Below, piece after piece: positions 21,252 to 29,106 of a DNA stretch of 64,000 nucleotides. The notes beneath the pieces were generated by a model. The model was not told where the DNA came from. It worked only from the letters and a program-made list of their open reading frames with translations, and searched no databases. Within the stretch, counting starts at the first letter, position 1; the number at the start of each line of letters is the position of its first letter. Made by a program: the position numbers and the translations under genes. The DNA comes from Bacteroidota bacterium (GTDB lineage Bacteria > Bacteroidota > Bacteroidia > Bacteroidales > UBA7960), in contig JBBISA010000001.1 in assembly GCA_037441525.1 (NCBI GenBank), positions 251,520 through 315,519 on the forward strand, read 5' to 3'.

Positions 21252-22160
21252 ATGAAAAAACTTCCAAATTTACAGTTATTTATTTCGATGGTTCTAGTTT
21301 TTGCTTTTTTAGGATGCAGGCAAGGGCCAAAACAGGAAGCAACCGACCTGCTGGACGATTCTTTGATAGCGGCCAATGTAAGACTCGACGACCAGGTTAT
21401 TGGAGAAATGATCTCATCAGTTCCCAACCCCGTCGAAATGTCGGCATTATTGCAAAGATCAGGAGTAGTATACTCACAACAACTACTTAACCCTGCTGAA
21501 AATATCAGAAACTATAATACCAACTTTAAGAGGGCGCTCAACCTTGGCGTTTATGGAACCAACCTGGTGTATATGAACATTTATGACAGAACCATTGCCA
21601 CCCTGCGTTATCTGAGCAACGTCAGAGACCTCGCCTCTGATTTGAGAATTGATCAATTTTTCGATTACAACACCCTAAACCGCCTGTCTGAAAGCAGCCG
21701 AAATATCGATTCAGTGCTCTTCATTACCAATACAGGGTTCGACAACATGTCGCGCTATCTTATTGGTCAGGGACGAGGTAATCTTGCAGTTCTTATCTCG
21801 TTTGGCACGTGGATTGAGAGTCTGTATATCGCAACGAATGTGCAAACAGTTCCACCCAACAAAGAAACGATAAACATAAGAATAGGAGAACAAAAAAAAG
21901 TACTTGACAATATAATTCTTCTTATGAACACATACAGGCAAGACCCTTCATTTGCAGAACTAATTGAAGACCTGATGTTGCTTAAAAAAGAATTCGACAA
22001 AGTAACTATTAGTTATATCTACAAAGAACCCACCATAAAGGAAATTGATGGCATGGTAGTACTGGTAGATAATTCGAGGAGCGAAGTGAATATTAATCAG
22101 GAAATTGTGGAATCAATAGCCAAAGTAGTTGCACAGATCAGAACCAAAGTGATCAGTTAA
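21252..22160 (+). CDS. Lipoprotein, function unknown
   Basis: 302 aa with a signal peptide and lipobox VLVFAFLGC. The sequence is largely helical. It lies 19 nt after the ABC gene. Confidence 0.7.
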   Translation: MKKLPNLQLFISMVLVFAFLGCRQGPKQEATDLLDDSLIAANVRLDDQVIGEMISSVPNPVEMSALLQRSGVVYSQQLLNPAENIRNYNTNFKRALNLGVYGTNLVYMNIYDRTIATLRYLSNVRDLASDLRIDQFFDYNTLNRLSESSRNIDSVLFITNTGFDNMSRYLIGQGRGNLAVLISFGTWIESLYIATNVQTVPPNKETINIRIGEQKKVLDNIILLMNTYRQDPSFAELIEDLMLLKKEFDKVTISYIYKEPTIKEIDGMVVLVDNSRSEVNINQEIVESIAKVVAQIRTKVIS

Positions 22161-22222
22161 TACTCAGGTAAATTCAATCAATCTTCAATTAAATCCAATC
22201 TTCGAATTAAAAAAGAAAAATT

Positions 22223-22660
22223 ATGAAAAAGTTTTTAATATCTTTAGGTTTAGTCGTTTCTGTTTTGTTTGCCGGAGAAGCCTATTCGCAATGCGGTACT
22301 CTTCTCGATGTTTGTCATGGAAAGCTTGATAATGCACGGTTCCTTAAAAGCTGGCCCATACAGTTGCCTGAACAAGGACGCGGAGAGACTTTACCTCAGG
22401 TAAGTTTTAAAATGCCCCTCACCAGCGGAACCACCTATAAGATTTTTGCCTGCAATGCCAATGAGCTCCCCGGAAAAGTAATTATCAGTATCCGCAATCA
22501 TAATGATGATTTGGTTATCACCTCTTTTCTTGTAGAACAAAAAAGGCACCTCCCCATTATAATGTTCCCGGTGGGAATGAGCGGTATCTATACCTTTAGC
22601 TTCTACTTTGAGGATGGTAAGGAAGGATGTGCAGTGGGCGTAGTATCAAGTGTAAACTGA
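22223..22660 (+). CDS. Small secreted protein, function unknown
   Basis: 145 aa with a signal peptide ending ...FAGEAYSQ, a beta-rich composition and 5 Cys in the mature part. Confidence 0.6.
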   Translation: MKKFLISLGLVVSVLFAGEAYSQCGTLLDVCHGKLDNARFLKSWPIQLPEQGRGETLPQVSFKMPLTSGTTYKIFACNANELPGKVIISIRNHNDDLVITSFLVEQKRHLPIIMFPVGMSGIYTFSFYFEDGKEGCAVGVVSSVN

Positions 22661-22760
22661 TATAACCCACTTTTAACGCTCCATTTTCAGTAAAACTCTT
22701 ACTTTTTACTTTTCTATAATTTGTACTTTCGGGCTGAATTATTAGTCCGAAAGTTTTTTT

Positions 22761-23153
22761 ATGGAGAACCTGAAAACCAAAAAAATATTTGTAATTGAAG
22801 ATAACAAAACAGAAGGCATGTTGCTTAAACTTTGCCTTGGATCAATAAAAAACATTACCATTACAAATTTCACATTGGGCCAGGAATTGTTGGATAACAT
22901 CCAGGAAATCCCAGATATAGCAATAGTTGATATGATGCTTCCCGATATATCTGGCGAAGAACTTGTGCTTGCAATAAAAGACAACAATCCTAAAACGGAG
23001 GTTATTGTTGTTTCGGCCCAAAAAGACATCGATCTTATTGCAAGACTTCAGGAATTAGGCATTTATAATTATCTGGTGAAAAGTGAAACCTGCATGGAAT
23101 CTCTCCAGCGAACCATTGAAGACCTTATTTTCCTGATCGATCATAAAAGATAA
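22761..23153 (+). CDS. Single-domain response regulator (receiver only)
   Basis: 130 aa. Motifs FVIEDN, phospho-acceptor IAIVDMMLPDISG, VVSAQ and YLVK. Confidence 0.85.
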   Translation: MENLKTKKIFVIEDNKTEGMLLKLCLGSIKNITITNFTLGQELLDNIQEIPDIAIVDMMLPDISGEELVLAIKDNNPKTEVIVVSAQKDIDLIARLQELGIYNYLVKSETCMESLQRTIEDLIFLIDHKR

Positions 23154-23179
23154 CTTTTTACTTTTTCCGGTAAAGAAAA

Positions 23180-23208
23180 ACTCCTAATTCGGGAGTCTTT
23201 TTTTTTTT
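23180..23208 (+). terminator. Probable terminator after the 130-aa receiver gene
   Basis: Short stem ACTCC (23180-23184) / GGAGT (23092+100 i.e. 23192-23196), followed by C and a T11 run. The stem is only 5 bp. Confidence 0.45.
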
Positions 23209-23351
23209 GCTCTCTAAGAATTACCATCCTTATTTCAACGCAATTCAATAATTTGCTATTTTTATTTAAGGCATTGAAAAATGCAGATTTTTTCAATAAA
23301 CTTTTTTCTCCCTCAGGAAGCAAATAGCATTACTTTGACAAACTAGAAACC

Positions 23352-26300
23352 ATGGATAAAAGCAAAAAACGGAAACTTAAACCAGAAATTGAACAAAAAC
23401 AGAACGAACAAGACTTTGAGATACAGGAGCAGGTATTTGACCCCCAGGGTTTTTGCGTAGGAATAGGAGCTTCAGCCGGCGGACTTGAGGCACTGGAGCA
23501 ATTTTTTAGAAATATGCCCCCCGACAGTGGTTTATCTTTTGTAGTGGTACAGCATCTTTCGCCTGATTATAAAAGCCTGATGGTTGAGTTACTATCCAAA
23601 CATACTTCCATGAAAGTATTCAGAGCCGAAGATGGAGCAAAGGTTTTGCCTAACTGCATTTATCTTATTCCACCCAAAAAGAATATGACTATTTTCCATG
23701 GAAAACTTTTTCTTACCGAACAAGACCATCAATATATTATCAACCTTCCTATTGATATATTTTTTCGTTCGCTGGCAGAAGACTATGCCGATAAATCCAT
23801 AGGGATTATACTTTCCGGCACGGGCAGTGATGGCACACTGGGTATCAGAGCGATCAAAGGAATTGGTGGGATGGTGATGGCTCAGGATGATAGTAGTGCC
23901 AAATTTGATGGAATGCCCAAAAGCGCTATATCTACCGGTCTTGTTGATTATATTCTTCCGGCAGAGAAAATGCCGGAAGAATTACTTAAATATGTTAAGC
24001 ATCCCCTTACTCTGAAGGGTGATGAGCAACCCGGAACAGTATCTGCTGAAAATACACTCGGAAAAATACTATCGATAATCAGAAATAATACGGGAGTAGA
24101 TTTTACCTATTATAAACCCAATACTATTGTAAGACGTCTTGAACGTCGAATAAGCATAAACCAGATAAGCAGTTATGAGAATTACACAGCCTATCTTGAG
24201 CAATCGCCCAGAGAGGTAAATATTCTTTATAAAGAATTGCTTATTGGTGTAACTAAGTTTTTTCGTGATACCGAAAGTTTTGAAATTCTTAAACAAAAAG
24301 TTATCCCCAATATCTTTTTAAATAAAAAAAAGGATGAACCCATCAGAGTTTGGTCTGTTGGCAGCAGCACAGGAGAAGAAGCTTACAGCCTTGCCATTTT
24401 ACTAAAAGAGTATATGGAAATATCTGGCGTAAATCACGACATTAAAATATTTGCCACCGACCTTGACAAGGAATCAATAGAATATGGAAGTTTGGGGTTT
24501 TATCCTGAAAGCATAGTGGCCGATGTTTCGGCAGAAAGGCTTAAATCATACTTTCTAAAGAAAGATAAAGGCTATCAGATAAAAGAATCAGTGCGGAAAA
24601 TGGTAATTTTTGCTACCCACAATATTATAAAAGACCCACCTTTTTCAAAAATTGACCTTATAAGTTGCCGCAATATGCTCATTTATCTTAAACCGGTGAT
24701 GCAGAAAAAGGTATTGTCGCTTTTCCACTTTTCATTGACCAAAAACGGATATCTTTTCCTGGGGTCGAGCGAATCGTTGGGCGACCTGTCGAAAAATTTC
24801 ACCACAATCAATAGTAAATGGAAGATTTATTCATACAAAGAAGGATATACACCCGATACTCTCGGCGATTTTCTGCTGCCAAGTGTAACGCGCACCAAAC
24901 CAATGCAGCAGTTAGGCGAATTCCAGATAAAATCATCGATACATACAACCGATATTTCTGACAGTATTTTCAATACAATCATTGAAGAGTTTTTGCCCCC
25001 ATCTGTAATTGTTGACGAAAACTTCGAAATAGTGCATATTTGTAAAGATGTTAACAAGTACATACACCTTCCCTCAGGCAAGGTTACTTACGATATTCTC
25101 TCGCTTGTCAGAAAAGAGCTTAGCACGGCAATTTCCATTGCCCTGCATAAAGCGCTTAAGGAAGATAAGGAGATTATTTATAACGACTTTAAACTTAAAG
25201 AAAGTAACGAAGTCCACTACATCAATATTAAGGTAAAACCCTTCAGAGATCGACTAAGAACAAAAAGACTGATATTTATATTCTTTGAAGAGAAAAAAAC
25301 CGTTCAGAACGAACCAGGCACCATAGATCAACAAACTATTGAATACGACTCCATTCAACAAATTAAAGACCTTGAACTGGAGTTGAAATACACAAAAGAA
25401 AACTTGCAGGCCACCATTGAAGAATTAGGAACATCGAACGAAGAATTGCAAGCCACCAACGAAGAATTGATTTCATCTAACGAAGAGCTACAATCAACCA
25501 ATGAAGAGCTTCAGTCAGTAAACGAGGAATTATATACCGTAAACAGCGAATATCAGAGCAAAATTGAGGTACTTACCCAACTCAATAATGACATAAACAA
25601 CCTGCTGAAAAATACCAATATAGGAACTGTTTTTCTTGACAGGAACCTGCTTATCCGGAAATTTACCCCGGCAGTAACTTCCGCTATAAATATCCTCGAG
25701 ATGGATATTGGCAGGCCAATTCACCATATTTCGCACAATACATTTTATGATAAATTTCTCGAAGATATTGAAAATGTATTGCGAACCCTAATACCTAAAG
25801 AAAATGAGGTAAAGGGCAAAAAAAACAATTGGTTTTTAATGCGCATTTTACCTTATCGAACCATTGACAATGCCATTGATGGGGTGGTAATCACATTTTT
25901 TGATATTACAGAAAGGAAAAACTTCGAAGAAAGAATTGAGAGAAAAAATAATCTTCTTTTGTCGGTGCTCGATAACAGCCCCATTGCCAATGCAATTTTA
26001 AACAAGGAAGGGAAAATTACCTATGCCAACCACATGGCAGAAAAGGTGCTCGGACTTACCATAGATGAGATTATAACCCGAAAATACAATGCTCCTTTGT
26101 GGCGAATTACTGCCGTTGATGGAGGCAAATTTCCGGATGAGCAGCTACCATTTTATTTGGTTTCAAAAACAGGCCGGCCTGTTTTTGATGTAGTGCATAA
26201 CATTGAATGGCCCGATGGAATGAAAAAAACCTTAAGTATTAATGCATCACCTGTTTTTGACGAAAACAACCAGGTCGATGGAGTAATCTGCACCTTACTT

Positions 26301-27071
26301 GATATTACTGAGAAACTATTTCTTGAAGAAATGATTAAGCGCGAACACGACCTGTTTATGCGCATACTCGAAAACAGCCATCACTCAGAATTATTATTCA
26401 CATCAAAGGGCGAGCTCACATTCGCCAACAAAATAGCCCGGCAATTGCTGCAAATCGATATGGAAAAAGCCACCAGACATCATTTTTCGGATTTAAAATT
26501 AACGCCATCTATAAATCTGAAAAATTATGGCAACATCCTGGAAATGGTCGTAAAAACCGGACAAACAGCTCATAATATACAACACCGGATTTTGGGATCA
26601 GATTACGGGCAGAGCGATATACTTTACCTAACAGCATCACCGGTTTTTGGTGAGAATCAATCGATAGAAGGGATAGTTTTATCCATTGATCGTCACAACG
26701 ACCTGGTCATTAATTCTGACCTTATGATTAGGCAAATTTCAAGCCTGAGCAATATGATTGAAATGGGCATTTTTACAGTAGATATTAATAGCACAATAAC
26801 TTCCTGGAACAACAAAGCTGAGCAACTTTCGGGTATTTTGGCCAGCGATGTAAAAGGGAAGAAATGCCTTACATCTGATGCAAAGGGCGGCGCCAAATCC
26901 AACATTCCCTGCCTTCAACCCGAAAATGCCGGAAAACACAAGGTTTGCCGAAATATTGTTTTTGATACCGGAACCAAGAAGGTTTCCATCAACGCAAAAA
27001 AGATGGATCTGATAAAAAATGAAAAGGATCAGGTAATTGGAGCCATTGGATATTTTGATTCATTTAATTAA
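23352..27071 (+). CDS. CheB-CheR fusion protein with NEEL coiled coil and multiple PAS domains, no kinase domain
   Basis: 1239 aa. CheB motifs [22 protein letters not shown] and [24 protein letters not shown]. CheR motifs [25 protein letters not shown] and CRNMLIYL. A six-fold NEEL heptad follows, then about four PAS-like segments. I found no H-box or HATPase motif. Confidence 0.88.
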   Translation: MDKSKKRKLKPEIEQKQNEQDFEIQEQVFDPQGFCVGIGASAGGLEALEQFFRNMPPDSGLSFVVVQHLSPDYKSLMVELLSKHTSMKVFRAEDGAKVLPNCIYLIPPKKNMTIFHGKLFLTEQDHQYIINLPIDIFFRSLAEDYADKSIGIILSGTGSDGTLGIRAIKGIGGMVMAQDDSSAKFDGMPKSAISTGLVDYILPAEKMPEELLKYVKHPLTLKGDEQPGTVSAENTLGKILSIIRNNTGVDFTYYKPNTIVRRLERRISINQISSYENYTAYLEQSPREVNILYKELLIGVTKFFRDTESFEILKQKVIPNIFLNKKKDEPIRVWSVGSSTGEEAYSLAILLKEYMEISGVNHDIKIFATDLDKESIEYGSLGFYPESIVADVSAERLKSYFLKKDKGYQIKESVRKMVIFATHNIIKDPPFSKIDLISCRNMLIYLKPVMQKKVLSLFHFSLTKNGYLFLGSSESLGDLSKNFTTINSKWKIYSYKEGYTPDTLGDFLLPSVTRTKPMQQLGEFQIKSSIHTTDISDSIFNTIIEEFLPPSVIVDENFEIVHICKDVNKYIHLPSGKVTYDILSLVRKELSTAISIALHKALKEDKEIIYNDFKLKESNEVHYINIKVKPFRDRLRTKRLIFIFFEEKKTVQNEPGTIDQQTIEYDSIQQIKDLELELKYTKENLQATIEELGTSNEELQATNEELISSNEELQSTNEELQSVNEELYTVNSEYQSKIEVLTQLNNDINNLLKNTNIGTVFLDRNLLIRKFTPAVTSAINILEMDIGRPIHHISHNTFYDKFLEDIENVLRTLIPKENEVKGKKNNWFLMRILPYRTIDNAIDGVVITFFDITERKNFEERIERKNNLLLSVLDNSPIANAILNKEGKITYANHMAEKVLGLTIDEIITRKYNAPLWRITAVDGGKFPDEQLPFYLVSKTGRPVFDVVHNIEWPDGMKKTLSINASPVFDENNQVDGVICTLLDITEKLFLEEMIKREHDLFMRILENSHHSELLFTSKGELTFANKIARQLLQIDMEKATRHHFSDLKLTPSINLKNYGNILEMVVKTGQTAHNIQHRILGSDYGQSDILYLTASPVFGENQSIEGIVLSIDRHNDLVINSDLMIRQISSLSNMIEMGIFTVDINSTITSWNNKAEQLSGILASDVKGKKCLTSDAKGGAKSNIPCLQPENAGKHKVCRNIVFDTGTKKVSINAKKMDLIKNEKDQVIGAIGYFDSFN
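25419..25544 (+). repeat. Six imperfect tandem 21-bp units encoding the (x)xNEELxx heptad coiled coil
   Basis: Units start at 25419, 25440, 25461, 25482, 25503 and 25524 (GAAGAATTnnnnnnnnnnAAC pattern). They encode [42 protein letters not shown]. Confidence 0.9.
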
Positions 27072-27307
27072 TACCCTTATTGATCATCAGCCTTTAGATT
27101 ATTGGTTACATGCTATTAAAAATTGAACCAATTAAAATGGCATCTATTTATTTTGAAAAAACGAATAATTGTTTTCTTAATATTAAATAGTTGTAATTAA
27201 AAAATATTTAATAAATTCAACCTTCTAAAAAAACAGGTATTTATAGATATTTAATTATTTCAGGTTTAAGCAGTTTCAATCAACAAGGTGGTTAAATATT
27301 TTTGCAG

Positions 27308-27745
27308 ATGAAAAAGAATATTTCAATAATAATAGCAGAAGATGACGAAGGGCATGCCTTGCTGATAAAAAGAAACCTAAAGCGGTCGGGTGTATTAAAT
27401 CCTATAATACAATTCAAAAACGGGGAGGAAGTCTTACACTTTTTTTCCGAATCCGAAACAGGTTACCTTTCAATTCCTGAAACCAAGTATATTATTTTAC
27501 TGGACATTAAAATGCCAAAGGTTGATGGAATTGAAGTACTTGAGAGACTAAAATCTAACCCTATTACAAAAAAAATTCCCATTATTATGATAACCACAAC
27601 CGATAATCCAAAGGAAATTGAGTTGTGTCATGCCTTGGGTTGCAATAGTTATATTGTAAAACCTATTGATTATCAAAAATTTATCGAAATTGTTAAGCGA
27701 ATTGGTTTTTATCTTGATATTATCGAAATTCCAAATCCCCGTTAA
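27308..27745 (+). CDS. Single-domain response regulator (receiver only)
   Basis: Motifs IIIAEDDEGH, phospho-acceptor ILLDIKMPKVDG, MITTTD and YIVKP. The listed ORF starts at TTG 27302; ATG 27308 is more likely. Confidence 0.85.
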   Translation: MKKNISIIIAEDDEGHALLIKRNLKRSGVLNPIIQFKNGEEVLHFFSESETGYLSIPETKYIILLDIKMPKVDGIEVLERLKSNPITKKIPIIMITTTDNPKEIELCHALGCNSYIVKPIDYQKFIEIVKRIGFYLDIIEIPNPR

Positions 27746-27750
27746 CCTAA

Positions 27751-29004
27751 ATGTCCGAAAATTACTCTGAAAATTTATCGCATACAGATGAATTTACTGT
27801 ATGGATAGTTGAGGACGATGTTCAACTTAATAATGTAATAGCGCGGAGTCTTAAAAAAGCAGGCTACCGGTGCAAAAGTTTTTTTGGTGGCAAGGAGGTT
27901 CTGGATATTATAGATCAACTAAACAGCAACTCACCCGAAGCAGGCATACTGCTGCTTGATTTTATTCTGGATGATATGAACGCAATAGAACTGCTTCAAA
28001 AACTCAGGAATTATCATGTTGAACTGCCATTTGTAATTATGACATCGTATGGCGACGAAAAAACCGCGGTTGAACTAATGAAACTTGGGGCAATCGATTA
28101 TATTAATAAGGAAAAATACTTTATAAATCATATTGTTAAAGTAATCGCCAATGCTCGCGATAAGATCGAATCAAAGTGCAAATTGGAACAATCGAGAAAG
28201 GAACTAGAGGAAAGCGCTCAAAAGCTGAAATTGCTTAACCAACAGATAAACCTTCAGAAAATTGCCCTTGAAAATGAAAAGGCAAAAACCGACAAATTGC
28301 TTCAGAGCGTATTGCCCAAAAAAATTGCCCATGAGCTTCTTGAAAAAGGTTATTCCAAGCCCAGACATTATCATAACGTATCCATATTGTTTGCTGACGT
28401 AATTGGGTTTTCAGACCTGGCCAAATCAAGCTCGCCCATAGATTTGGTCACCAGGCTTGACAACTATTTTTATATTTTTGATGAGATTGTGGAACAGCAC
28501 GGGCTCGAAAAAATAAAAACCATCGGCGATTGCTACATGTGCGCAGGGGGAATACCAGAAGAGAACGAGTACAACGCCATAACCACCGTAATAGCAGGTC
28601 TGAAAATTCAGGACACAATTCAGAAACTAACTGCCGAATACTCCTCGGAGTTGCCCTCTTTCAGGCTAAGACTGGGAATTCATACCGGAGAGGTTGTTGC
28701 CGGAGTAGTTGGGAAAATTAAATTTGCCTACGATATCTGGGGCGATGCTGTAAATATTGCAAGCCGAATAGTTGAGGCCGGAGAAAGTGACAGGGTAAAT
28801 ATCTCTGAAAAAACATATCAACTTGTAAAAGACTACTTTGATTTCAGCAAGCGGGGCGAAATAATTACAAAACGAAACTATCCTATTAAGATGTATTTTG
28901 TAGAAAGGCTCAAGCCAGAATACTCATTAGATCAAAGAGGGTTAATTCCTAATAATGCACTAATGAAGTTTCTAAACTTAAATCAGGCTATCAGGTATTT
29001 CTGA
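27751..29004 (+). CDS. Response regulator fused to a class III adenylate cyclase domain
   Basis: 417 aa. The REC domain has VWIVEDD, LLLDFILDD and GDEKTAVELMKLGAIDY, followed by a coiled coil. The cyclase has metal Asp residues in ILFADVIGFSDL and KIKTIGDCYMCAGG, plus LGIHTGEVVAGVVG and FAYDIWGDAVNIASR. Confidence 0.88.
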   Translation: MSENYSENLSHTDEFTVWIVEDDVQLNNVIARSLKKAGYRCKSFFGGKEVLDIIDQLNSNSPEAGILLLDFILDDMNAIELLQKLRNYHVELPFVIMTSYGDEKTAVELMKLGAIDYINKEKYFINHIVKVIANARDKIESKCKLEQSRKELEESAQKLKLLNQQINLQKIALENEKAKTDKLLQSVLPKKIAHELLEKGYSKPRHYHNVSILFADVIGFSDLAKSSSPIDLVTRLDNYFYIFDEIVEQHGLEKIKTIGDCYMCAGGIPEENEYNAITTVIAGLKIQDTIQKLTAEYSSELPSFRLRLGIHTGEVVAGVVGKIKFAYDIWGDAVNIASRIVEAGESDRVNISEKTYQLVKDYFDFSKRGEIITKRNYPIKMYFVERLKPEYSLDQRGLIPNNALMKFLNLNQAIRYF

Positions 29005-29106
29005 CTTCTCACTAACATGGGATTATATATTGTAAATACCATTACTTTAAGTAAATTTGCCGATGCCAATTTCCAGCATTAATTTAATTGAATAAAATTA
29101 CCAGGA

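Noticed and set aside
21230-21490. 86-aa + ORF overlapping the end of the ABC gene and the start of the lipoprotein gene
   Set aside because: It is out of frame with the lipoprotein ORF (21252), which has a proper signal peptide and lipobox. Its Arg/Ser-rich sequence looks like an off-frame reading.
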